A stretch of DNA of 64,000 nucleotides from an uncultured Anaerolineaceae bacterium (lineage in GTDB: Bacteria > Planctomycetota > Phycisphaerae > FEN-1346 > JAACEH01). The notes below the pieces were generated by a model that ran no database searches, had not been told where the DNA came from, and saw only the letters and a program-made list of their open reading frames with translations. The stretch spans positions 37,022-101,021 of the forward strand of contig CAZCOA010000002.1 in the NCBI GenBank assembly GCA_964500225.1, in the 5' to 3' direction. Shown here one piece after another: positions 1-9,586 of this stretch. Made by a program: the position numbers and the translations under genes. Every line of letters begins with the position of its first letter. Position 1 is the stretch's first letter.

Positions 1-1953
1 GAAATCAGCCGCAGCGTCGGCAGCGACGACCGGCTCGTGCAGGCCGGCGGCGGCAACACCAGCGTCAAGAGCGCCGACGGCACGAGGATGCACATCAAGG
101 CCTCCGGCACCGGCCTGCGCGACATGAGCCCGGACCGCGGGTACGTCACGATGGCGCTGGAGCCGCTGATGGAGCTGCTCCACGACGAGAAACCCCGGCG
201 GATGAGCGACGCGGAGCGCGAGCCGTATGTTCTGCGGACGATGTACGACGCGGTGGTCGGCGGTCCGGACCTCAGCGCGCGGCCCTCGTGCGAGGCGACG
301 CTTCACGCCATGCTGCGGCGCTACGTGGTGCACATTCATCCGGTGGCCGTCAACGGCGTGTTGTGTAGCGTTGAAGCCCCTCAGTTGTGCGAGGAGCTGG
401 CCCGCCGCGGCAAGTTCACGATGGTCTGCATTCCGTACACCAACCCCGGCCATCCGCTGGCGGTGTCGTGCCTGAAGGCCGTCGCGTCCTACCAGGCGGC
501 CCACGGCCAAGCGCCGGAGGTGCTGTTCCTGGTGAACCACGGCCTGTTCGTCACGAGCGACTCGGCCGAGAGAGCCGTGAGCCTGACCAAGGCCATTGTG
601 GACGATTGCGAAAAGCTGTACCAGTCGCGCAAGGCCAAGGCGGCCGCGACAACCGGCCAGGGGGTCGCCGACGAGCAACTGGCCGACGTGACGGTGGAGC
701 TTCGCCGGGCGCTGGTCGAGAGCGGCAGTTCGTCGCGACTGATCCAGTTCGTGGCCGACGAGACCGCCCGGCGTCTGCTGGCCCGCAAAGACGCCGCTTC
801 GCTGCTGTCGCTCAACAGCACGCCCGATGCCATCGTGTACTGTCTGGCGCATCCGCTGATTCTGTCGGCGCGGCCGCTAGGCAAGATTGCCAAAGCGGTC
901 AAGAAGTACATTGCCGCGCACGGCGAAGCGCCGCGGACCGTACTGGTGCCCGGCCAGGGCTTCCTGGTCGTCGGCGACAGCATGAAGGCCCTGAAGACCA
1001 CGACCGTCGTGTATCAGGCCGAGCTTGGAATCAAGGAACGGACCCTGGCCTTCGGCGGCCCGAAGCGGCTGACACGCGCAAACGTCGATTACATCAACGG
1101 TTGGGAGGTGGAGCATTACCGCCGCGAACTGGCCCGTGCCGAGGCCGGCTCCGGCGGCCCATTGACGGGCAAGGTGGCGCTGGTAACCGGGGCCGGCAGC
1201 GGCCTGGGCCGCGGCATCTCGGTAGGGCTGGCCGCCGCGGGGGCCCACGTCGTTCTGACCGACATCGACCTGCCGTCCGCCGAGGAAACGGCCGAACTAA
1301 TCCGCAAGGCTTGCAGCACGCCGCGTGCCGTCGCCGTCCGGACCGACGTCACGGACGAACAGAGCGTCGCCCAGGCATTCCGGCATGCGGTCGGGACGTT
1401 TGGCGGCGTGGATGTGGTCGTGGCTGCCGCGGGAATCGCCCCGGCCTACCCGATCCAGGACTTCCCCGTGGACGCATTCCGCAAGACGCTCGAAATCAAC
1501 CTGACCGGCTACTTCCTGGCCGCCCGCGAGGCCGCACGATGGATGATCCGCCAGGGAACCGGCGGCTCGCTCATCTTCATCTCGTCGAAGTCGGGCATCG
1601 GCGCGTCGCGCAACAATGCCGCCTACAACGTCACCAAGGCCGGCGAACTGCACCTGATGCGAGGCCTGGCCCTGGAACTCGGCCGCTACGGTATCCGCTC
1701 CAATGCCATCTGCCCTGGGAACGTCTTCGAAGGCTCGAAAATCTGGAATCCCGAGTATATTCGCCAGGCAGCCAAGAAACGCGGCTTGAAACCGGAGCAG
1801 GTGATTCCGTACTATATCTCGCTGACGGCGATGAACCTCGAGATCAAGCAACAGGATATCGCCAATGCCGCCGTGTTCCTGGCCTCGGACCAGGCCCGGG
1901 TCATCAGCGGACAGTCGCTGGTGGTGGACGCCGGACAGGAGTTCGTGCGTTAA
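1..1953 (+). CDS. bifunctional class II aldolase (rhamnulose-1-phosphate aldolase-like) / short-chain dehydrogenase, 5' end cut by window edge
   Basis: Listed ORF 37..1953 remains open in-frame back to nt 1. N-terminal region is class II aldolase/adducin-like. C-terminal half has SDR Rossmann motif TGAGSGLGRG and catalytic Y-x3-K (YNVTK). Stop TAA at 1951-1953. Confidence 0.8.
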   Translation, partial: EISRSVGSDDRLVQAGGGNTSVKSADGTRMHIKASGTGLRDMSPDRGYVTMALEPLMELLHDEKPRRMSDAEREPYVLRTMYDAVVGGPDLSARPSCEATLHAMLRRYVVHIHPVAVNGVLCSVEAPQLCEELARRGKFTMVCIPYTNPGHPLAVSCLKAVASYQAAHGQAPEVLFLVNHGLFVTSDSAERAVSLTKAIVDDCEKLYQSRKAKAAATTGQGVADEQLADVTVELRRALVESGSSSRLIQFVADETARRLLARKDAASLLSLNSTPDAIVYCLAHPLILSARPLGKIAKAVKKYIAAHGEAPRTVLVPGQGFLVVGDSMKALKTTTVVYQAELGIKERTLAFGGPKRLTRANVDYINGWEVEHYRRELARAEAGSGGPLTGKVALVTGAGSGLGRGISVGLAAAGAHVVLTDIDLPSAEETAELIRKACSTPRAVAVRTDVTDEQSVAQAFRHAVGTFGGVDVVVAAAGIAPAYPIQDFPVDAFRKTLEINLTGYFLAAREAARWMIRQGTGGSLIFISSKSGIGASRNNAAYNVTKAGELHLMRGLALELGRYGIRSNAICPGNVFEGSKIWNPEYIRQAAKKRGLKPEQVIPYYISLTAMNLEIKQQDIANAAVFLASDQARVISGQSLVVDAGQEFVR

Positions 1954-1991
1954 CACGACGTTTCTGGCCCGTCATACGTGAGGAGCCGTCC

Positions 1992-2318
1992 ATGATCCTG
2001 GTCAATACCGAGGAAGTACCCGGATATCGGGTGGTCCGATGTATGGGATTGGTGCGTGGCAACACCATTCGCTGCACCAACTTCGTCCGCGACTGGTTTG
2101 CCAGGTGGCGGCAGATCGTCGGCGGCGAGATCGTCTCGTACACGCGGTTGATCAGCGAGGCCCGCGAAGAGGCCCTGGGCCGGCTCGTGCAGGCAGCCCA
2201 GAGCGTCGGCGCCAACGCTGTGGTAAATGTGCGCTTCACCACCAGTAGCGTGATGGCCAACGCGTGCGAGATTCTGGCGTATGGCACGGCCGTGTTTGTG
2301 GAACCGCAGCAAGGGTGA
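1992..2318 (+). CDS. YbjQ/UPF0145 (DUF74) family protein
   Basis: 108-aa protein MILVNTEEVPGYRVV...NVRFTTSSVMANACEILAYGTAVFVE, typical of the YbjQ heavy-metal-binding-like family. It is the real 3' part of the artefactual long ORF 387..2318. Confidence 0.75.
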   Translation: MILVNTEEVPGYRVVRCMGLVRGNTIRCTNFVRDWFARWRQIVGGEIVSYTRLISEAREEALGRLVQAAQSVGANAVVNVRFTTSSVMANACEILAYGTAVFVEPQQG

Positions 2319-2420
2319 CGCCTACGAGCTGTGAGAAGCGAACGGAAGAATCCGCAGGGCGGCTGATTCGCAGCCACCCCGAACGTTGGAAAGAAGCTCT
2401 TTACGGAAAGCTGATCTGAT

Positions 2421-3638
2421 ATGAGCAAAGTCGAAGCGTATCGTAAGTTGAAGGCACCTTATGGAACCGTGCCGAGCAGGCAGAAGGCCTGGCGGCTGCA
2501 TGCCGCGGGCCTGGAGAACTTGTCGTGCGACGAGGTGACGGTATCGCCGCCGGGGCCGGACGAGTTGCTGGCTCGCGTGGACGCCGTGGGGATCTGTGCC
2601 AGCGATTACAAGATGATCAGCCAGGGCGAAGCCCATTCGCGCATGCAGGGCCGCAATCTGAAGGCCAATCCGGCCATTCCCGGCCACGAGGTGTCGCTGA
2701 CGCTGGTGGCCGTCGGCGCGAACCTGAAGAAGAAGTTTCAGGTCGGCCGCCGCTACAGCGTCCAGGCCGATATCTATGTGGACCAAGTGCCGATGGCCTT
2801 CGGGTATCAGTTGGCCGGCGCCGACCAGCAGTACGTGACGATCCCGCCGCTGGTGCACGAGGGCGGGTTCCTGCTGCCGGTGGACGACAAGCTGAGTTAT
2901 TCGGCGGTCGCCGTGTCCGAGCCGTGGGCCTGCGTCCTGTTCAGCTACGAGAACCAGCGCGACACCAAGAGCGTCAAGCCGGGCGGCACGGCGTGGTACA
3001 TGGGCTGCGGCCCGCTGGGGCTGATGCACATCGAGAAAGGCATCCGCGACGGGGCGGCGCGCGTGATCGTATCGGAGATGAAGACCGACCGGCTGGACTA
3101 CGTCCGCCGCACCTTCGGCCCGCTGGCGGAAGCCAGAGGATGCGAACTGGTGACTGTGGACCTGAACAAGCAGAAAATCGAAGACGTCCTGCCCCCAAAA
3201 AGCTGCGACGACATCATCGTGGTCTGTCCCGTGGCCAAGGCGGCCGAGGCGGCCCTGCCCTTCCTCGCGCTGCGCAGTTTCATGAACGTGTTCGCGGGAT
3301 TCCCCTCGCGGGACGCCTCGAACATCACGCTGAACCTCAACGACATGCACTACGGACAGTGGACCCTGCTGGCCACGAGCGGCTCGCCGATCGAGAGCTT
3401 GCGGCAAGTGCTGGACATGGCCGCCAAGGGCACCATCGACCCGAACAACTCGGTGGCGGCCGTGGGCGGCATCGGCTGCGTCAGGGAAGGCATCGACCTG
3501 ACCCACAAGGGCGTGTACCCCGGTCGCATCGTGATCTACCCGCAGATCGACCTGCCGCTGACGCCCGTGGGCGACCTGACCGGCGGCAAGCCCTGGACCC
3601 GCCAGGCCGAGCAAGAGCTACTGGAATCGAGGCTCTAA
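2421..3638 (+). CDS. zinc-dependent alcohol dehydrogenase (MDR) family protein, threonine/sorbitol dehydrogenase-like
   Basis: GHEVSL zinc-ADH signature, structural-zinc Cys region and GCGPLG nucleotide-binding motif. 405 aa. Confidence 0.8.
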   Translation: MSKVEAYRKLKAPYGTVPSRQKAWRLHAAGLENLSCDEVTVSPPGPDELLARVDAVGICASDYKMISQGEAHSRMQGRNLKANPAIPGHEVSLTLVAVGANLKKKFQVGRRYSVQADIYVDQVPMAFGYQLAGADQQYVTIPPLVHEGGFLLPVDDKLSYSAVAVSEPWACVLFSYENQRDTKSVKPGGTAWYMGCGPLGLMHIEKGIRDGAARVIVSEMKTDRLDYVRRTFGPLAEARGCELVTVDLNKQKIEDVLPPKSCDDIIVVCPVAKAAEAALPFLALRSFMNVFAGFPSRDASNITLNLNDMHYGQWTLLATSGSPIESLRQVLDMAAKGTIDPNNSVAAVGGIGCVREGIDLTHKGVYPGRIVIYPQIDLPLTPVGDLTGGKPWTRQAEQELLESRL

Positions 3639-3673
3639 CCGCCGAAAAACGTCCGAATAGAACGCCATTGTAC

Positions 3674-3711
3674 CCTGCGGGCCGCCTTTTTCTGCCTTCC
3701 GGTCCGCAGGG
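3674..3711 (+). terminator. hairpin downstream of the ADH gene
   Basis: Imperfect 11-bp inverted repeat CCCTGCGGGCC / GGTCCGCAGGG with a T-rich loop, 36 nt after the ADH stop. No strong U-tract follows. Confidence 0.3.
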
Positions 3712-3803
3712 GAGCCTTCCGCGCATCAATTTTGCCCCCAAATCCTTCTGCACGCCGAATATCGCCTATTTCCGCCGCTTTCCGACACTTCGGAGGGCGA
3801 CGG

Positions 3804-3832
3804 TTGAATCCCGACGCCAACTATGATATAAT
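3804..3832 (+). promoter_or_regulatory. near-consensus sigma70-type promoter for yihY-like gene
   Basis: TTGAAT(3804-3809)-N17-TATAAT(3827-3832), about 33 nt upstream of ATG 3865. Sits in a locally AT-rich patch of an otherwise GC-rich region. Confidence 0.55.
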
Positions 3833-3864
3833 GGCCATTCGTCCTGAGGAAGGACGCCAAGCCT

Positions 3865-5442
3865 ATGGACATTGGCCAATCAGTCAAGCAGCTCAGAGAA
3901 CATCTTCAGCGGTTGCTCAAGAGTCCCAGCGACGAACTGGATCGGGGTGGACGGTTCCTTGTCTATCAAATACGCCTGTGGTGGTTCTGCGGACGGAAAC
4001 TCGTCAAGGACCGCCTTCTGGTGACCGCCAGCGCCCTGAGCTACAAGACGCTCATCTCCATCGTGCCGCTGATGGTGATCTTCTTCCTTATCCTCAATGC
4101 CGTCACCCCAGGTCAGGACATTCAGGCGGAGATCAAGGAACGGCTGTTTTCGTTGCTGAACCTCAACATCGGAACCACCGAGGCAGCGACCGAAACATGG
4201 AATATCCCGGCCGATGACATCGAAGCCATGGACCGGGAAACTGTAGCCACATGGCTCGGGGCGAAGGTCGATGACATCGTCAAAACCATTCAGAGTCAGG
4301 GCAAAGGCACTCGCGCACCGATCACGATCATCTCGGTGGCACTGATGATTCTTACCGGAATGAGCGTTTTCAGCACCGTCGAGGGGGCCCTGAACCATAT
4401 CTGGGAGGTTCGCCGCGGCCGCAACTGGTTCGTGCGGCTCAGGGACTTCATCGCCACGATCGTGGTCGTCGGCCTGCTGCTGGCCGTCTCGATCTACGTC
4501 GGGCACCAGATCCGGGGCGTCCTCACCGGCCAAGCCGTCGCCGAGGAAACGCGCACCGAGGCTGCCGCCGAGCCGGCCCTCACGACCGACGCGGCCACAA
4601 CCGGCGCCGGCGGCCTCCCGGCGGCCGACGGCGTTCTGGGAACTGCGGCGAAATGGGTTTTCCGAACACTGTCCCGGCTTGTCCCTTTGTTGATCGGCTG
4701 GCTGGTGTTCTTCATCTTGTACAAAACGTTGCCCAACGTCCGGGTCCAGACGCGGGCCGGCCTGGTTGCCGGACTGGTTGCGGCGGTCCTGTGGGAGGCC
4801 GGCAAGTTCGGATTTGGGATGTACCTGCAATATGCCACCGGGGCAACGAAGCTGTACGGTAACCTGGCGCTGATTCCGGTGTTTCTGTTGTGGGTCTGGA
4901 TCAGTTGGGTGATCGTGCTGTTCGGGGCCGAGCTGGCGTATGTGATTCAGTATATGGGCGACCTGACGCGCGACCAGATGGAGCGCGAGGCCCATCGGCA
5001 CTTCGTGCGGACCGATCTGGCTGCACTGGCCTTGGCCGCCGTCGTGGCCCAGCGATTCGCCCGGGGCGAGCAGCCGCCGTCGCGGCGGCAACTGGGCGAC
5101 GACCTGGGCCTGTCCGAAGGCGACGTCGCCGAAGTGGCCGAGGCGATGCTGGCCGCCGGTCTGTTGCGGCAGGCTGTGGTCGGCAACGGCACGCCAGGGT
5201 ACCTTCCCGCGCGGCCGCTGGACCGGATCACCCTGGCCGACGTGATCGGAACGGGACACCAGATGCAGGTGACCGCTCGTGGCGACGGCCGCCGCGGCAC
5301 CGCCCTGCGGTGGGCCGAACAGTACATGCAACAGATGTCCAAAGAGGTTCAGTCGGCGCTGCAAACGCAGACGCTGGCTTCATTGGCCGACCGGGACGAG
5401 GTGTTCGTCGCCGGGGGGCCGGTCAGAGTGGGCAGTGATTAG
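3865..5442 (+). CDS. YihY/BrkB family inner-membrane protein (formerly annotated RNase BN-like) with C-terminal extension
   Basis: N-terminal ...LVTASALSYKTLISIVPLMVIFF... and multiple TM helices typical of YihY/virulence-factor BrkB. About 150-aa hydrophilic C-terminal domain. Confidence 0.7.
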   Translation: MDIGQSVKQLREHLQRLLKSPSDELDRGGRFLVYQIRLWWFCGRKLVKDRLLVTASALSYKTLISIVPLMVIFFLILNAVTPGQDIQAEIKERLFSLLNLNIGTTEAATETWNIPADDIEAMDRETVATWLGAKVDDIVKTIQSQGKGTRAPITIISVALMILTGMSVFSTVEGALNHIWEVRRGRNWFVRLRDFIATIVVVGLLLAVSIYVGHQIRGVLTGQAVAEETRTEAAAEPALTTDAATTGAGGLPAADGVLGTAAKWVFRTLSRLVPLLIGWLVFFILYKTLPNVRVQTRAGLVAGLVAAVLWEAGKFGFGMYLQYATGATKLYGNLALIPVFLLWVWISWVIVLFGAELAYVIQYMGDLTRDQMEREAHRHFVRTDLAALALAAVVAQRFARGEQPPSRRQLGDDLGLSEGDVAEVAEAMLAAGLLRQAVVGNGTPGYLPARPLDRITLADVIGTGHQMQVTARGDGRRGTALRWAEQYMQQMSKEVQSALQTQTLASLADRDEVFVAGGPVRVGSD

Positions 5443-5451
5443 GGAAAGGGG

Positions 5452-5802
5452 TTGCACATGCGGATCGACTCCTACCGATTTGGTGAGATGCTGGTCAACG
5501 GCCAGAGTTTCACCTCCGACCTCATCATCTACGACGATCACGTGGATGACCAGTGGTGGAGGGAAAACGGTCACATGGTGCTAAAAGAGGACTTGAGCGA
5601 CGTCCTCAATGCCCGCCCCGAAGTGCTCGTCGTGGGCCGCGGCAAACTCGGCGCGATGAAGATTCCACAGGCTACGCTCGATGCCGTGGAAGAGGCCGGC
5701 ATCCAGGTGGTCCACGCTCGCACACCTGAGGCCATCGAAGTCTTCAACCAGATGTCCAGCACCGGCAAGAACGTCGTGGGGGCGTTTCACCTGACCTGCT
5801 GA
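5452..5802 (+). CDS. Mth938-like (DUF498/DUF598) domain protein
   Basis: 116-aa protein with RIDSYRFGEM..., VLVVGRG... and IQVVHARTPEA... blocks typical of the Mth938 family. Starts 9 nt after the yihY stop. Confidence 0.55.
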   Translation: MHMRIDSYRFGEMLVNGQSFTSDLIIYDDHVDDQWWRENGHMVLKEDLSDVLNARPEVLVVGRGKLGAMKIPQATLDAVEEAGIQVVHARTPEAIEVFNQMSSTGKNVVGAFHLTC

Positions 5803-5859
5803 GTGGCCGCACAACGCGAACTGCACAAGGCACACGTCACATGCGACCCGATCACCGCA

Positions 5860-5896
5860 CACACCTTGCCCCGGTTGAGGGCAAGGTGTGTTGTTG
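5860..5896 (+). terminator. intrinsic terminator after the Mth938-like gene
   Basis: Perfect 12-bp stem CACACCTTGCCC / GGGCAAGGTGTG with 7-nt loop, followed by TTGTTG. Confidence 0.5.
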
Positions 5897-6005
5897 CGCA
5901 GCAGGGTCAATCAATGGGCCCGTGAAAGTTCGGTTTATCGTTGCCCGGGGGCGGGGTTGCGGGTATGGTAGTGGCATTGTATGTTCCGGTGGGAGACAGT
6001 CGGCG

Positions 6006-7025
6006 ATGGGGTATGGGTTCAGTGCGAGGGGTATCCGCCTATGGCTGGCGGCGGGCGTGGGTCTGACGGCGGTGGTGCTGGCATCGGCGGTGCACAGCGA
6101 GGGCCAGGAGACGGCAGCCGTCCAGACTGGCAAATTCTCAGCCCATCAGAAGACGGTCAATCGCAACTACTATATGTACGTGCCCACGAAGTACACGCCG
6201 CGCAAGCGGTGGCCGATGATCATTTCGGCTCCGGGGACGTTTCCGTTCGATTCCAGTCCGGGCACGCGCGATGCGTGGGTGGACACGGCGGAGGAATTGG
6301 GGCTGATCGTCTGCTGTCCGGATTTCGAGACGGCCAACGGGTTGCTCAATATCAAGGCGGACCAAGCCAAACTTCAGCGCGACAATGAGGCGGTGCTTGC
6401 GATTATTCGCGATGTGGCCTCGCTTTACAGCATCGACCCAAACGGCATCGCCATCACGGGCTGGTCGGGCGGCGGATACCCGGCCCACTACATCGGCCTG
6501 AAGAACCCGAACCTGATCCGGGCGATCATTGGCCGCACGGCCAACTTCTCGGAAGACCTGGTGGACGACGAAACAGCGCGTAAGGCCAGGCACATGCACG
6601 TGTTCTGTTTCTTCGCCAAGAGCGACCTGGCAGGCATTCCGGAGCAGAACCGCCGGGCCAATTTCTGGTACACGATGCAGGGCTTCCTGAACTTCGAGGT
6701 ACGGGAGATTCCGGGCGGCCACTCGAAGAACAACCGTCTGGCGGGCGACTGGTTCGTCCAGATGTTGCGCACCTACCCGACGGTGCGGATACAGGCCTCG
6801 ACGCTGAAGGGCCGCGCGCCGCTGGCGGTGAATTTCCGGGCGTTGGCAAGCGACCCGGACGGGCGGATCGCCGGCTACATCTGGCAATTCGGGGATGGGG
6901 ACGTAAGCATCCACGCATCGGCCTCGCACACGTTCGCCACGCCAGGCACATACAATGTGTTCCTGACCGTCACGGACAACGACGGCCACCACGAATACGC
7001 CCAGGTGGACGTGGTGGCGGAATAG
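6006..7025 (+). CDS. secreted esterase (PHB depolymerase/alpha-beta hydrolase family) with C-terminal PKD domain
   Basis: Start chosen at internal ATG 6006 (MGYGFSARGIRLWLAAGVGLTAVVLASA = signal peptide). The listed ORF 5841 start lies inside the upstream terminator. GWSGG nucleophile elbow. C-terminal GDGDVSIHASASHTFATPGTYNVFLTVTDNDGH is PKD-like. Confidence 0.65.
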   Translation: MGYGFSARGIRLWLAAGVGLTAVVLASAVHSEGQETAAVQTGKFSAHQKTVNRNYYMYVPTKYTPRKRWPMIISAPGTFPFDSSPGTRDAWVDTAEELGLIVCCPDFETANGLLNIKADQAKLQRDNEAVLAIIRDVASLYSIDPNGIAITGWSGGGYPAHYIGLKNPNLIRAIIGRTANFSEDLVDDETARKARHMHVFCFFAKSDLAGIPEQNRRANFWYTMQGFLNFEVREIPGGHSKNNRLAGDWFVQMLRTYPTVRIQASTLKGRAPLAVNFRALASDPDGRIAGYIWQFGDGDVSIHASASHTFATPGTYNVFLTVTDNDGHHEYAQVDVVAE

Positions 7026-7134
7026 TCTTAAGACCTTGCCCCTGCATTTCAAGCAGAGGATTTTTCTTATCCACATTGCCCGCCTTGCCGATATTAACAC
7101 CGTGCGCGAACGCCGCGCGCAAGGGACGGTATTT

Positions 7135-7647
7135 ATGCGCTGCCACAGGCGGGCGTCATCCGGGTTTACACTGGTCGAGTCGCTGACGGCCCTGGTCGTG
7201 CTATCGGTGGCCGTGGCGGCCATTCTGACGCCGGTGATTGCGGCAGTGGAGCAGAAGCAGCGGACGGCCAAGCAGGTGGTGGCGGTGATGCTGGCCGAGC
7301 AGCTCATCGAGGAATGCCTGGGTCAGGAATCGTTCAGCATTCAGGATCCGATCGAGCTGGGGCCGTCGGGCGATGAGCCGTGGCGGGACTTGTACGACGA
7401 GAACTCGGACTATCACGGCGTGACCGAGGGCCCCGGGACATTCGGCACGGTGTATGGCCCGCGACTGGCGTACAGCCAGTTTCCCAATCTGCGTCGAACG
7501 ATGCACATTGACACGTACTATCTGCCGGGGCAGTACACGGGCTATTCGCCGGACCTGATCGTGGTGACGGTCCGCGTGTACGACAAGGACGAGGAACTGG
7601 TGACGCTACAACGGTTTGTGGCGAACGAGAAACATGACGACCCGTAG
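7135..7647 (+). CDS. prepilin-type N-terminal cleavage/methylation domain protein, GspI/PilV-like minor pseudopilin
   Basis: Internal start at 7135 gives MRCHRRASS-GFTLVESLTALVVLSVAVAAIL, the class III signal/hydrophobic helix of pseudopilins. Confidence 0.6.
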   Translation: MRCHRRASSGFTLVESLTALVVLSVAVAAILTPVIAAVEQKQRTAKQVVAVMLAEQLIEECLGQESFSIQDPIELGPSGDEPWRDLYDENSDYHGVTEGPGTFGTVYGPRLAYSQFPNLRRTMHIDTYYLPGQYTGYSPDLIVVTVRVYDKDEELVTLQRFVANEKHDDP

Positions 7648-8341
7648 GGGACAACCTCGTTTCGATGCGGCCATGGGGGCACGGGCCCGTGCGCGTCGCG
7701 TGGGCTTCACGCTGGTGGAGTTGATGCTGGCGATGATGGTCAGCGGGATGGTCCTGTCGGCCGTGGCGGGGCTGGCCTTGGCGCTGGGGACGTACCACGG
7801 CCAGGGCGAGGCGGTGGCGGAGTTGGCCATCCAGGGGCGTTTTGCCTCGACGTTGCTGGCGCGCGACCTGCGGGCGGCGCGAGTGGCAGCCGTCAGCAGT
7901 GGCGGCGCGCTGGTCCTGTGGATGGGCGACACATACGCCAACAACCTGGTGGATATCGAGGAGATCGTCATTTACCGGTATAAGGCATCGCCGCAACAGG
8001 TGGAGCGGTGCTCATTCGTCGGGGGGTACGGGGTGACGTACATCAATCCGGACGGCATCCGGAACGTGGTCGCTGCAGCGGACGCGGGGTTTCTGGACTG
8101 GGCCGGGGGCTTGCTGGGGTACACGATGAACAAGCAGGTGGTTTGCAACAGCGTAGCCGGGCTGTCGTTCTACCCGAAACGGGCGTATCCGCAGACGGCG
8201 TCGCTGGAATACGTCCTGCAACTGTCGCGGGCTGAGGACATCGTCCGAGGCACGGGGCAGACGGTGAACTTGAACTTTTATGGAACGGGGACATTGCGTG
8301 CACCGTTGGTCAACAACGATTTCTGTTCGCAGTTGCGGTAA
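7634..8341 (+). CDS. prepilin-type N-terminal methylation domain protein, GspJ/PilW-like minor pseudopilin
   Basis: GFTLVELMLAMMVSGMVLSAVAGLALAL N-terminus. Overlaps the previous gene by 14 nt. Start could instead be 7673. Confidence 0.55.
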   Translation: MTTRRGQPRFDAAMGARARARRVGFTLVELMLAMMVSGMVLSAVAGLALALGTYHGQGEAVAELAIQGRFASTLLARDLRAARVAAVSSGGALVLWMGDTYANNLVDIEEIVIYRYKASPQQVERCSFVGGYGVTYINPDGIRNVVAAADAGFLDWAGGLLGYTMNKQVVCNSVAGLSFYPKRAYPQTASLEYVLQLSRAEDIVRGTGQTVNLNFYGTGTLRAPLVNNDFCSQLR

Positions 8342-9575
8342 CCGCGACGGCAACGGCGCCGCAGACGCTGGTTGCGGCGGTCGGGCGCGAGGGGGCCGGT
8401 GCGCGCGGGCGGCGACGCTGTTGATTGTGCTGGTGATCGTCGGGGCGATCTTCATCATCGGGTCGGCGGCAATTACATCGGCGACTCGGACAACGCAGTT
8501 GGGGGGGAACTTCGCGGCGGCCACGATGGCGATGCAGGCGGCCCAGAGCGGGCTGGTGGTGGCGGACCGACGGCTCGTGCATCCGTGGTACGCAGGATAC
8601 ACCATCGACCAGCCGTGGCCCGGCAACGGGGGATTCGACCTGGTGCCTGTCCCGGGCGACGGGTTGGGTCGCAAATACGATCCATACTATTATATTCAGG
8701 TGACGACGAATGGTCGGATCTACACGTTGCGGTCCACGGGTCGCGCGGTGCGTGCCGGCGGCAGCGTCGGCAACCCGTCGGACGTGGCGGCGGAGCGGAC
8801 GGTGACGGCGGTGTTCGAGCGGCCGAAGATCGAGGTGCCGTATGCGATCCTGGGGGCCGGCAATATCACCATCCGGTCCACGACGAGCGTGGTCGGAGAC
8901 GTGTTCGCCAATGACGACGTCACGGTGAGCCTGGGAGCGCGCGTGCAGGGGAAGGCGTATGCGGCCGACCGGGTTTACAATTACGGCACCATCGACGGGG
9001 GTTCGGCGCAGAACCAGGCCCCGGTTTCGCTGCCGCCGATCTCGTATTACGGGTACCGGCCGAATTACGACTATGGCGGCATGGTCTGCACCGCGGTGCA
9101 ACTGGCCGGGACGTCGCTGTCAGGATCGCCGGCGTTGGGCGTTCCGGGAAACCCGAACAACGTGTTTTTCACGAACCAGACGTTGTTCACAGTGATGGGC
9201 GGCACGGCCATGAACGGTGCGACGCTGGTTTGCATGAACGACTTGGCGATCCAGGGGCATGTGACGATCAAGGCATCGGCGAAGTTTCCGGCCCTGATCA
9301 TCCGTCGGGACCTGATCCTGACGGACGGTTGCTTGCTGGAAACGGAGGGGCCTGTCCAGATTGGCGGCAAGGTGCGCGGCGTGGCCGAGGCGATTCCGGC
9401 GCCGGCGGCCCGGTGGGTCCACAAAGGGCCGGTGATCTTCGCGGGGAGCAACAGCTTTGCATCGGCGCTGGCGTCGCAGATTTCGATTGAGACGCGGACG
9501 GACCGGGTGGAGATCCAGCCGGTGTGGCGCATGGTGTTGCCACTGATCAAACGGTCGTACAGCGAGACGCAGTAA
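8280..9575 (+). CDS. GspK/PilX-like minor pseudopilin (start uncertain)
   Basis: Hydrophobic N-terminal helix ATLLIVLVIVGAIFIIGSAAITSATRTTQLGGNFAAATMAMQAAQSGL matches PilX/GspK N-termini. Only an ATG at 8280 or non-ATG starts near 8415-8425 are available. Confidence 0.45.
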   Translation: MERGHCVHRWSTTISVRSCGNRDGNGAADAGCGGRARGGRCARAATLLIVLVIVGAIFIIGSAAITSATRTTQLGGNFAAATMAMQAAQSGLVVADRRLVHPWYAGYTIDQPWPGNGGFDLVPVPGDGLGRKYDPYYYIQVTTNGRIYTLRSTGRAVRAGGSVGNPSDVAAERTVTAVFERPKIEVPYAILGAGNITIRSTTSVVGDVFANDDVTVSLGARVQGKAYAADRVYNYGTIDGGSAQNQAPVSLPPISYYGYRPNYDYGGMVCTAVQLAGTSLSGSPALGVPGNPNNVFFTNQTLFTVMGGTAMNGATLVCMNDLAIQGHVTIKASAKFPALIIRRDLILTDGCLLETEGPVQIGGKVRGVAEAIPAPAARWVHKGPVIFAGSNSFASALASQISIETRTDRVEIQPVWRMVLPLIKRSYSETQ

Positions 9576-9586
9576 ACGGCGTGCGG

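Noticed and set aside
387-2318. 643-aa ORF 387..2318 overlapping the aldolase/SDR gene
   Set aside because: It is out of frame with the well-supported aldolase/SDR gene. Only its last 327 nt (YbjQ, from ATG 1992) encode a recognisable protein.
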